Below, in pieces: positions 1-8,306 of a stretch of 64,000 nt of DNA. The position numbers and the translations under genes are program-made. The number at the start of each line of letters is the position of its first letter. The stretch's first letter is position 1. Under the pieces are notes generated by a model that was not told the DNA's origin, did not search any database, and was given only the letters and a program-made list of their open reading frames with translations. The DNA comes from Candidatus Kapaibacterium sp. (GTDB lineage Bacteria; Bacteroidota; Ignavibacteria; Kapaibacteriales; WFXC01): positions 98,437 to 162,436 of the forward strand of contig WFXC01000002.1 in assembly GCA_015490805.1 (NCBI GenBank). Reading direction: 5' to 3'.

Positions 1-228
1 CTCATCTATTCCCAGCCGCTAACGGGAGATTACGAAACTGACCTGGTGCGTAACCGTACCAAACGGATCTTCAACGATCCGACAGGAATCCGGGCTGCGC
101 GCAACACGAATCCCTACCTGCTCCAAACATACCGACGCGATACGGGCGAATTTATGAATGACCTCTCCGTTCCCGTCTATGTTCGTGGCAAACATTGGGG
201 GGCAGTACGAATTGGTTTTGTGTTCTAA
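1..228 (+). CDS. C-terminal fragment of a gene that begins upstream of the window; unknown product. The terminal segment ...DLSVPVYVRGKHWGAVRIGFVF weakly resembles a Cache/PDC-type sensor fold.
   Basis: Open frame runs from base 1 to TAA at 226-228. Its stop overlaps the next start as TAATG. Confidence 0.3.
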   Translation, partial: LIYSQPLTGDYETDLVRNRTKRIFNDPTGIRAARNTNPYLLQTYRRDTGEFMNDLSVPVYVRGKHWGAVRIGFVF

Positions 229-1982
229 TGCCCAACAGCACGGCAGCAACGACGCATCAATCTCAATCTTTAGAAAAAGCACAACAGCGAGCAAAGCTAT
301 CCAGAGAACAGCGACATCTGTGGTTTGTCATCACACTGCTCTGCTTCCTGCTCAGCATCTTTGGATTTGACCACGGGGAAATTCAACCCTGGGATGAAGG
401 GCTGTATGCGCTGCGTGCTCGCGCAATTCTCGATCATCCTGAAGCGTTCTGGGATCAGACGCCGTATGCCATTGGCGGCAGTTATTCTGGCAGTGCTCCC
501 CCTTTAAGCGTCTGGGCAATGGCAGCAGCAATGCATCTGATTGGGGAAACTCCTTTTGCGGTCCGGCTTTTCAGCATCCTTTGTCATCTATTGAGTCTAC
601 TACTGGTCTTCGCCCTCGCTCACCAGATCGTTTCTTTCCCCATTGCAATACTGGCACCGATTCTTCTGACTATTACAACACTCTGGAACACCTATGCCCG
701 ACAGGGAATGACTGATGTTCCTGTTATCACCTTCGTCCTTCTGGCACTCTTTGCGCTACTTCGCCTGCGCAACCGTCCACTTCCTGCCGCCGCAGGCTGG
801 GGCGTGCTTTTTGCCGTTGCAAATGCAGCAGCTCTGCTGACCAAATACGCCATTTCTTTGCTCCCCGCTGCTTTCCTCTTCTATGCCCTGTTCGATCCGA
901 CCTTTCGAGGAAAGCGGGAGCTGGCAATTGCTGCACTGCTCCTCGGTATACTTCCGGCTGCTTTGTGGTATGGAACGATGCTTTCAAACTATCCCCAGCA
1001 TTTTTCTATGGTTCTGAGTCTTCCTCATCTCACGGTGGCAGTAGAAAATAACAGTCGCCAGTGGTGGTATTATGCCAATCAGCTTCTTATTGCCAATCCC
1101 CTGTTCATCCTTGCTGCGCCGCCGATAGCATTGATCGCCCGATCGTGGCGGCGACGTCCTTTGATCCTCCGCCTTCTGTTTCTATGGACAGTCGGGGGTA
1201 GTGTGGTGCTGAGCCTAAGCGCCACGAAAATGCCACACTATGGCGTCTTTCTCATTCCTCCATTGCTCCTGCTGACACTCTATGGACTGGAACTGCTGCG
1301 TCGATCTTTTTTCGATACCCGCTGGCAATGGATGCTGCTTCTGAGTTCTCTTCTGGTGCTGTGGTGGGCATTTTCTCCACCCCTCCGCTCCGCTTTTCGC
1401 TCCGGGGATTGGCATAGCGAAATGCCCCTTTTTGCGGGCTTTGCTCTCTGGATAATACTCAGTGCTGCAAGTTTTCCGAAGGACGTTCTCCGGCAGATCG
1501 GCACACGATTGCAGACCATCGCCACTCCCATCTTGATTATCCTGCTTTTCCTGCGGGTTGCCATAGTCAATGCAACCAGCTTTCAGCATCTGAACAGCGG
1601 TGCCCGGCTCACTGCAAAGGTTCTCACCCGGATTCCGGCAACTCGCATCGGATATGTGTACCATCACCACAATCCAGCAGATCAGTGGAATCCACAACTC
1701 CAGTGGTATTTACAGCGTCCCCCTTCTTTCTGGGATCGATTTTCAAAGTTTCCCATCCACCGCACCGATCCTGTCCAGATGCTTCTTGCTATCCAGCATA
1801 TTCCTGATTCCCTGTTTGTGCTCTACTATGCACTGACTGGTGAAACGCAGCACGCCAGGCTGGTCCTTCGTGCGCTGGGCAAAGACCGTCCACTGTTGCT
1901 TGCTACCCACAACTACTTTTTGTTTGGTCCACGGAAAGTGTCGAAGAATGTCCAGCAGGTGCGATGGCAAACTGGTTTGTAG
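228..1982 (+). CDS. Glycosyltransferase family 39 (ArnT/PMT-like polyprenyl-phosphate-sugar-dependent glycosyltransferase), integral membrane protein.
   Basis: Multiple hydrophobic helices. N-terminal ...GFDHGEIQPWDEGLYALRARAIL... matches the DE-containing first periplasmic loop typical of GT-C/GT39. Start taken at ATG 228 (TAATG overlap with the upstream ORF); the ORF track alternative is 195. Confidence 0.7.
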   Translation: MPNSTAATTHQSQSLEKAQQRAKLSREQRHLWFVITLLCFLLSIFGFDHGEIQPWDEGLYALRARAILDHPEAFWDQTPYAIGGSYSGSAPPLSVWAMAAAMHLIGETPFAVRLFSILCHLLSLLLVFALAHQIVSFPIAILAPILLTITTLWNTYARQGMTDVPVITFVLLALFALLRLRNRPLPAAAGWGVLFAVANAAALLTKYAISLLPAAFLFYALFDPTFRGKRELAIAALLLGILPAALWYGTMLSNYPQHFSMVLSLPHLTVAVENNSRQWWYYANQLLIANPLFILAAPPIALIARSWRRRPLILRLLFLWTVGGSVVLSLSATKMPHYGVFLIPPLLLLTLYGLELLRRSFFDTRWQWMLLLSSLLVLWWAFSPPLRSAFRSGDWHSEMPLFAGFALWIILSAASFPKDVLRQIGTRLQTIATPILIILLFLRVAIVNATSFQHLNSGARLTAKVLTRIPATRIGYVYHHHNPADQWNPQLQWYLQRPPSFWDRFSKFPIHRTDPVQMLLAIQHIPDSLFVLYYALTGETQHARLVLRALGKDRPLLLATHNYFLFGPRKVSKNVQQVRWQTGL

Positions 1983-2533
1983 CATTTCCCATTCCGAACA
2001 CTGATCACTGGATCGAACAGGTCTTACAGACAGCGCCGCCAGAACTTCGGCGGTTCCATCCAGACGATGTGCATCTGACCATCTGCTTCCTGGGACCTTT
2101 GCAGCCGTGGCAACAGGAAGCACTGATCCGGGAATTTGCAACGCTCACAGCGGCGCCATTTGACATCACCCTCGATTCCCTTCGGGCTCTTCCTCGTCCT
2201 TCTTTCGTAACAGCACTTTCTTTTGAGCTGGACGAAGGCAGAGACTATGCCGCCCACCTCATCGCGCAGTGGCGGCAACCCTTAGCTGATGCAGTTGGGA
2301 AACAACCGGATTCTCGCGATCCGCTACCGCACATCACCATTGCTCGTCCCAATCGGCGGTATGGTAAGCGGGCACAGCGAGCAGCCCTCCGCTGGATCGG
2401 CACCGTCCAGCCTCCCTCTGTGCGCCTGCACATCGACCGTGTTGCCGTGTACACCTGGGCAGAAGATCGATCCAAACGGCAATTCCAGATTGTGGAACAG
2501 CATTCTCTTGCCCATCCGCCGATGGCTCGGTGA
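1964..2533 (+). CDS. thpR: RNA 2',3'-cyclic phosphodiesterase (2H phosphoesterase, LigT/ThpR family).
   Basis: Two H-x-T/S motifs, HLTICFLG and HITIARP, at the expected spacing. About 189 aa. Confidence 0.8.
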   Translation: MANWFVAFPIPNTDHWIEQVLQTAPPELRRFHPDDVHLTICFLGPLQPWQQEALIREFATLTAAPFDITLDSLRALPRPSFVTALSFELDEGRDYAAHLIAQWRQPLADAVGKQPDSRDPLPHITIARPNRRYGKRAQRAALRWIGTVQPPSVRLHIDRVAVYTWAEDRSKRQFQIVEQHSLAHPPMAR

Positions 2534-2723
2534 AACCTCCCTTCGTACACTATCCCTACGTTCGTACCTTGATTGCTCCGTTCTCTGTTATACTTTAACT
2601 CCATCTCATCTGTTGTCTCGAAAAGTCGCGGCTTTGCACGCTGCCCGTTGTCTGCTGAAACGAACGTGTTTTTTAAATTGCAGATCGAATTTGGACGTAT
2701 GTGCAACAATTTCGGGAAGGAAT

Positions 2724-3833
2724 ATGAAGCGGCGTGAAGTATTATCCCTTCTGGGAATGACCGCTTTAGGAGCGGTTGCCTGCCAGCAGCAACAATCAGA
2801 GCAGTCCACGGGTCCTGCGATTCGTACAACGTATCGGTGGCGCATGGCAACGTCCTGGCCCTCCGGCTTTCCCATTTTTGAGACCGGTGCCCGGCGATTC
2901 GCTCAATATATTGCCACCCTATCGCACGGCAAATTCATCATTGAAGTAGACTCTGCCAGCAAACACAAGGCAGCTTTCGGTGTCTTTGATATGGTACGAG
3001 ATGGACAATATGAAATGGGACACTCCGCTTCCTACTACTGGAAAGGCAAAGATCCGATTTTCTCCTTCTTTACCACCCTGCCCTTCGGTATGACCGCCAT
3101 TGAGCAAACAGCGTGGTTTCTATACGGCGGAGGCGAGGAGTTGATGCAGCAGGCATACTCGCGCTATGGACTGGTCTCCCTGAACGCTGGCAACACAGGT
3201 GTCCAGATGGGCGGATGGTTTCGGAAAGAAATTCGGGGGCTGCAGGACCTGCAGGGCTTGAAAATGCGGATCCCAGGGCTGGCAGGGGAAGTGATGGCAC
3301 GCCTAGGCGTTCAGGTGATCAATTTGCCGGCTGGAGAATTGTACCAAGCACTGGAGCGCAATGTCATCGATGCACTGGAATGGGTTGGACCGCATCTGGA
3401 TTTGTCAATGGGCTTCCAGCAAATCGCTTCGTATTACTACACCGGCTGGCACGAACCGGCAGCCGAGTTGCAGATCTTGATCAACAAAGCGGCGTATGAT
3501 CGACTGCCAAAGGAATTCCAGCAACTGCTCCACGTAGCTGCGCGAGCAACAGCACTGGAAACCTGGAGTGAATTCACGGCAAAGAACGCTGAAAGCTTTG
3601 CCCAACTCCAGCAGCAATTTCCCAATGTCCAGATCCGCCGTTTCCCGGAAGAAGTGCTCATCGCCCTCAAAAAAGCCACGGTTGAAGTGCTGGACGACAT
3701 TGCCGCAACCCGACAGGACATTAAAACCGTCTGGGATAGCTACCGCCGATTCTATCAGCAGATGGCACCGTGGACAGAGATTTCAATTGAGTCATACTTG
3801 CAGTTGCGGAAGAATCCATCCATTTATCAATAG
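2724..3833 (+). CDS. TRAP-transporter-type periplasmic solute-binding protein (DctP/COG4663-like) with a Tat signal peptide. Orphan: no DctQ/DctM nearby.
   Basis: MKRREVLSLLGMTALGAVA is a twin-arginine leader. SBP-like body (MATSWP..., GGGEELMQ...). RBS-like gggaaggaat precedes ATG 2724. The ORF track frame extends to 2289, but that N-terminus is non-protein-like. Confidence 0.65.
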   Translation: MKRREVLSLLGMTALGAVACQQQQSEQSTGPAIRTTYRWRMATSWPSGFPIFETGARRFAQYIATLSHGKFIIEVDSASKHKAAFGVFDMVRDGQYEMGHSASYYWKGKDPIFSFFTTLPFGMTAIEQTAWFLYGGGEELMQQAYSRYGLVSLNAGNTGVQMGGWFRKEIRGLQDLQGLKMRIPGLAGEVMARLGVQVINLPAGELYQALERNVIDALEWVGPHLDLSMGFQQIASYYYTGWHEPAAELQILINKAAYDRLPKEFQQLLHVAARATALETWSEFTAKNAESFAQLQQQFPNVQIRRFPEEVLIALKKATVEVLDDIAATRQDIKTVWDSYRRFYQQMAPWTEISIESYLQLRKNPSIYQ

Positions 3834-3933
3834 TCTCGTTTGCACCTTCGCAAGAAATCCCAACTTCATTCGTGATATTGACGCTCGTACTCTCGCACGA
3901 TGCTTCAGTATGTCGCTCAAACGGTGAGGAACA

Positions 3934-4749
3934 ATGGTACCACAGTGGTTTATAGAGCTACATCCAGCGTGGCAGGCGCTCATTGCTACATGTTTTACCT
4001 GGGGCGTAACAGCATTGGGAGCAGCAATGGTGTTTTTCTTCAAAGAAGTTAATCGAACGTTGCTGGACGCAATGCTTGGCTTTGCTGCCGGCGTAATGAT
4101 TGCTGCCAGCTATTGGTCGTTGCTGGCACCGGCCATTGAAATGGCAGAAGATAGCGGAATTCCCGCATGGATCCCCGCCGCAACTGGATTCCTGCTCGGA
4201 GCGGCTTTTTTATGGCTTTCAGACAAACTGATTCCACATCTTCATCTGGACTACCCACTGGAAGAAGCGGAAGGACCTTCTACCCACTGGCATCGGAGCA
4301 TTCTGCTTATCTTAGCAGTTACCATTCACAATTTTCCCGAAGGATTAGCGATCGGTGTTGCGTTTGGGGCGGTATATGCAGGGGCGGAAAGTGCCAGCCT
4401 AGGGGGGGCTCTGGCTCTGGCATTGGGTATCGGTTTGCAGAATTTCCCTGAAGGACTGGCTATTGCAGCACCACTACGCCGCGAAGGATTCTCTCGATGG
4501 AAAAGTTTTCACTTCGGCCATCTCTCCGCTATTGTGGAACCAATTGGCGGTCTTTTAGGGGCAGCTGCCGTTACATACATGAAACCTCTCCTGCCCTACG
4601 CAATGGCATTTGCTGCTGGTGCGATGATCTATGTGGTCATTGAAGAACTGATCCCTGAATCGCAGTTGCACAAACACACCGACACCGCAACTGTGGGTGC
4701 TATCCTGGGATTCACCGTGATGATGGTGCTGGATGTTGCCTTAGGTTAA
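3934..4749 (+). CDS. zupT: ZIP family metal (zinc) transporter ZupT.
   Basis: Signature HNFPEGLA is present twice ([13 protein letters not shown] and [12 protein letters not shown]). Eight TM helices. Confidence 0.85.
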   Translation: MVPQWFIELHPAWQALIATCFTWGVTALGAAMVFFFKEVNRTLLDAMLGFAAGVMIAASYWSLLAPAIEMAEDSGIPAWIPAATGFLLGAAFLWLSDKLIPHLHLDYPLEEAEGPSTHWHRSILLILAVTIHNFPEGLAIGVAFGAVYAGAESASLGGALALALGIGLQNFPEGLAIAAPLRREGFSRWKSFHFGHLSAIVEPIGGLLGAAAVTYMKPLLPYAMAFAAGAMIYVVIEELIPESQLHKHTDTATVGAILGFTVMMVLDVALG

Positions 4750-6881
4750 CGACGCAGACGTCGGGACTCGACAACGATGTGCACCGTTCGATGATAAAAC
4801 CGCTGCTCTGGGTATCGATATTCGCCTATCGCTTCTCCCTGCCCGATAATGCGCACATTGGGCAAACGGAGGTACTCGGCAACTGTCTGGGCTCGGCGAC
4901 GCGATAAATCACGGTTGTACTGCTCATTTCCCAACGTATCTGTCGTACCAATAACCGTCACCGATGCTCCCTCGGGTATTTGCTGGCGAATCCAGTCCAG
5001 ATACTGCTTGTGTTCTGGCCTCAGCTCTGCCTTATCGAAATCAAACAGGATCAACGTATACCGCTCGATGATCCGGTCACCAATCTGCCGCCGCTGCTTG
5101 CGCTGGTGATGCTGCTGGACAAAAACGAAGTGCGCTACTGGCGTTTGAAATCGCTGCCCAGCACTATCGACCACCTCGAACTGATAGGAAACGGGCTGGT
5201 TCGCCAGTAGCATTCCGGCTTGTGGATTCATTTCCCAGTCCAGTACCGACGGAGGAGATGCCGTTCCCTCCTGCTGAAAAAGCGTACGATCCTGCTGCCA
5301 CACCCGCAATCGCCACCGTGCAATGCCTGCCTCACTGACAACACGCGGACGGAAACGAATGGTGGGAGGATCAACAACCCGGAGGGTGTCCACCAAGGTC
5401 ACAGGGGCAAAGACTTCTGGATCCGTTGCTGCTAATTCGACCCGTGCATTTTCCTCAATAGATTGCGGCTGACTCAGCGGCGACGGATTCGCCGGCAATC
5501 CCCGGCTCTGTACCTGCAACCGCGAAGGCTCAATATGCCACACCGACCGCAAATAGCGCCGCACAAATGCTGCCCGCCGCTGAGAGAGGCTCCGATCATT
5601 CCTTTCTACTGCGCCAGCATTGCATCCTGTGATGGTCAACCGTGCCGACGGTGACCGGCGAAGCCGCAATCCTACGATGTTCAACACGTGGTAGTACACT
5701 GCCAGTGGCGTATCAAAGAATTCCGACCGGATCGCAAAGCGCTCCGCAGCCGATGGCGAAAGCCGCTGATACCGGGCAGGCAGTGTATCCTGTCCCAGGT
5801 CAAAAAACAGGTAGCGCAGCAACGGGACATAATTGTACGACAACAACTCTTCAATCCGCAATTGCGCCTTTTCCGTTTCAATGCCGTTTTTCAGCACAAA
5901 GGCGGTGCGAATCGATGCTGCTAAAAACGGGCGGATGTCCGGTTGCAGCCGCACATAGCGTTCAAATATCTCCGTACGCTCTCGAATAGCATCAGACGTT
6001 TCCGTGCGGATTACGGTCACACGGGTGGTATCCAGTCGAAGCTGGGGCTGTTGAACCGCTGCGGTGATCTTCACCACCGTGTCCCGACGAAAAACCGTAT
6101 CTCGATACACGGGCCTGGGAGACGGGAAATGCCAGCGCAGCGCTACACTTCCTCCCACTTGTTGCTCCCGGACGTCTCCGGCTGTCCACCACGGCTGTAA
6201 GCCCATCGCACCACTCACACCGGAAACAAGTTGCAGTGGCGGCGTCAGGTTGAAACGAAACTGGAGTCCTGCTGTCAATCCCCACCACGGCGTTTCAACA
6301 GCAACATTTCCAGTGGCTAACTGTTGCGTCGCCGTGCCACTGCCCACAAAAGTTGCTCCCGGCGGCTGGCGAATAACTTCCTGCTGACGAAAAACGCTGC
6401 GAAGTGGATACACTGCGAATCCGCCGGCAGTGATGGCGAACCACGGTACGGGCGACCATTCTACTGCCAGTTTCCCGATCAATCGGTGATGCTCTCCATT
6501 TAACTGATGCTCGATCACCACCGTCTGGGGATTGCCAAAAACAATGCCGATGGTTTGTTGCAGCTTCGTCCACTGCGACCGCTGATATTGATAGCCAGCC
6601 GCTAATGCAACAGCGAACTTTGCATTTGCCGGATAGCGCATTTGAGCGAGGGCTGTACCATACCAGCCACTGGCCTTCTGGAAAATTCCGGGGCGATATG
6701 GAAAATCTGGTAATTGCTCAAAGCTGCCACGCAATTGCACCACTCCTCCCTGCAATGCTACGCCCCATCCTATTGGCTGTGCCGGAAGTGAGGACAGCAG
6801 CACAAAGAAACTCACCAGAGCAACGCCCGTATACCAGCCCCGGTGCTTCAGGACGGTAGATGCTGTTTCGCCTGTTCCCAT
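4746..6881 (-). CDS. Large outer-membrane protein with a signal peptide, an N-terminal beta-barrel-like region and C-terminal OmpA-like peptidoglycan-binding domain(s). Paralog of the 36228-38225 protein.
   Basis: C-terminus ...[17 protein letters not shown]...[25 protein letters not shown] is a classic OmpA_C motif. A second, degenerate OmpA-like segment is [24 protein letters not shown]. Shares conserved blocks with the 36228-38225 product. Confidence 0.65.
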   Translation of the reverse strand: MGTGETASTVLKHRGWYTGVALVSFFVLLSSLPAQPIGWGVALQGGVVQLRGSFEQLPDFPYRPGIFQKASGWYGTALAQMRYPANAKFAVALAAGYQYQRSQWTKLQQTIGIVFGNPQTVVIEHQLNGEHHRLIGKLAVEWSPVPWFAITAGGFAVYPLRSVFRQQEVIRQPPGATFVGSGTATQQLATGNVAVETPWWGLTAGLQFRFNLTPPLQLVSGVSGAMGLQPWWTAGDVREQQVGGSVALRWHFPSPRPVYRDTVFRRDTVVKITAAVQQPQLRLDTTRVTVIRTETSDAIRERTEIFERYVRLQPDIRPFLAASIRTAFVLKNGIETEKAQLRIEELLSYNYVPLLRYLFFDLGQDTLPARYQRLSPSAAERFAIRSEFFDTPLAVYYHVLNIVGLRLRRSPSARLTITGCNAGAVERNDRSLSQRRAAFVRRYLRSVWHIEPSRLQVQSRGLPANPSPLSQPQSIEENARVELAATDPEVFAPVTLVDTLRVVDPPTIRFRPRVVSEAGIARWRLRVWQQDRTLFQQEGTASPPSVLDWEMNPQAGMLLANQPVSYQFEVVDSAGQRFQTPVAHFVFVQQHHQRKQRRQIGDRIIERYTLILFDFDKAELRPEHKQYLDWIRQQIPEGASVTVIGTTDTLGNEQYNRDLSRRRAQTVAEYLRLPNVRIIGQGEAIGEYRYPEQRFYHRTVHIVVESRRLRR

Positions 6882-7687
6882 AGCTGATCCATCTCTTCCA
6901 GCGACATTGCCTGCAATGACTGTCCCTGCTCGGCTGCCTGCTGCTCGATGTACTGAAACCGTTCAATAAATCGATCGTTCGTCTGTTGCAACGCATCCTC
7001 TGCTACAATACCCAGCAGACGGAGGACATTGACCAGCGCAAAGAGCAAATCCCCGAACTCCTGCTGTAATCCCTCGGTATCCTGATCCTTCAACCTGGCT
7101 TTGACTTCCTGCAATTCTTCTTCCACTTTCTCAAACGCCCGCTGCGCATCTTTCCAGTCGAAGCCAACGCGTGAAACTTTTTCCTGAATTCGCTGCGCCC
7201 GCAGCAGCGCCGGAAGGTGCTTCGGAACTCCTTCCAGCAACGACTTGCGTCCCTGTTCTTTCAACTTCAACCGCTCCCAGTTCTGCTTGACCTCTTCCTC
7301 GCCTGACACTTCGACCTCACCGAACACGTGTGGATGGCGATCGATCAACTTCCGCATTGCCCGGGCAATGACATCCTGAAGGGTAAAAGCACCCCGATCC
7401 TCAGCAATCACGCTGTGCATCACAACGTGCAGCAATAAATCCCCTAATTCCTTGGACAACTCTGCGTCGTCGCCGTCCCGGATCGCCTCCAGCGTTTCGT
7501 ATGCCTCTTCGATCAGCAGGTGAGCAATCGTCTCGTGCGTCTGCTTTCGATCCCAGGGACATTCCCGGCGTAAAATGCGCACCAATTCGATGAAAGCACG
7601 ACAATATTCCACCGGATCATCCGGATTCCGCACTTCTGGAACGGGAACATTGGGCATTGGAAACTCCTCGTTTTGTTTGTCCAGCAT
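6848..7687 (-). CDS. mazG: Nucleoside triphosphate pyrophosphohydrolase MazG.
   Basis: Tandem MazG domains (ECPWDRKQTHETIAHLLIEEAYE...ELGDLL; LPALLRAQRIQEKVSRVGFDW...EFGDLLFALVN). Start chosen at Met46 of the track ORF (7687); 7657 is an alternative. Confidence 0.85.
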   Translation of the reverse strand: MLDKQNEEFPMPNVPVPEVRNPDDPVEYCRAFIELVRILRRECPWDRKQTHETIAHLLIEEAYETLEAIRDGDDAELSKELGDLLLHVVMHSVIAEDRGAFTLQDVIARAMRKLIDRHPHVFGEVEVSGEEEVKQNWERLKLKEQGRKSLLEGVPKHLPALLRAQRIQEKVSRVGFDWKDAQRAFEKVEEELQEVKARLKDQDTEGLQQEFGDLLFALVNVLRLLGIVAEDALQQTNDRFIERFQYIEQQAAEQGQSLQAMSLEEMDQLWEQAKQHLPS

Positions 7688-7778
7688 CGAATCGGCTATA
7701 ACGATTTGCTGCTTCCCCTTGGTATAATTTTGGCGGGGAGCTTGCGTCTGGATAGCCAAAAGAGAAGATACGCGATCA

Positions 7779-8276
7779 ATGAAAAGCCAGCAGCAACACG
7801 GACGAACAAAAGCGTTGAACACTGAAGAGATTCAGCAGCGTTTTATTGCGTTCCTCCGGCAGCGGGGACACCGGGTCACACAGGAGCGCCTGCACGTGCT
7901 TTCAGCCGCACTCCAACGAACCGACCATTTCACTGCTGATGAGTTATATCAATCGATGCTGCAGCACGGCTGGCACGTAGCGAGAGCGACCGTGTATTCC
8001 ACGCTGGAGTTGCTGACCGAATGTGGCATTCTGGTACAACATCATTTTGGCAGAGGTGCCCGATACGAACTGGCGGATAAACTACCGGAACACGATCATC
8101 TCATCTGCACCCAGTGCGGTCACATCGTGGAATTTCAGGAAAAAGTTCTTCGGGATATTCAGCAGAAAATCAGTGAATCCCTGGGATTTGTTCCGCTCAA
8201 GCATTCTTTCCAGATCTTCGCTGTCTGTAGCGATCCTCAGCATTGCTCTCACAAAGAGCACTCACCCCAGAAGTAG
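7779..8276 (+). CDS. Fur-family metalloregulator (Fur/Zur/PerR class undetermined).
   Basis: Winged-helix N-terminal half. C-terminal metal sites HDHLICTQCGHIVEF (CxxC) and CSDPQHCSH. Divergent from mazG. Confidence 0.75.
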   Translation: MKSQQQHGRTKALNTEEIQQRFIAFLRQRGHRVTQERLHVLSAALQRTDHFTADELYQSMLQHGWHVARATVYSTLELLTECGILVQHHFGRGARYELADKLPEHDHLICTQCGHIVEFQEKVLRDIQQKISESLGFVPLKHSFQIFAVCSDPQHCSHKEHSPQK

Positions 8277-8306
8277 TCTGCCCCGCCATCCTGCGCTGCC
8301 GCCTAT

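Noticed and set aside
2289-2723. 145-aa in-frame N-terminal extension of the TRAP solute-binding protein ORF.
   Set aside because: The extension overlaps the thpR 3' end, is Cys/Ser/Leu-rich junk, and the Tat signal begins exactly at ATG 2724 behind a good RBS.
7688-7778. Possible Fur box in the mazG/Fur-family divergent intergenic region.
   Set aside because: It contains a TATAAT-like hexamer but no convincing 19-bp Fur-type palindrome by eye. It would need a PWM scan.
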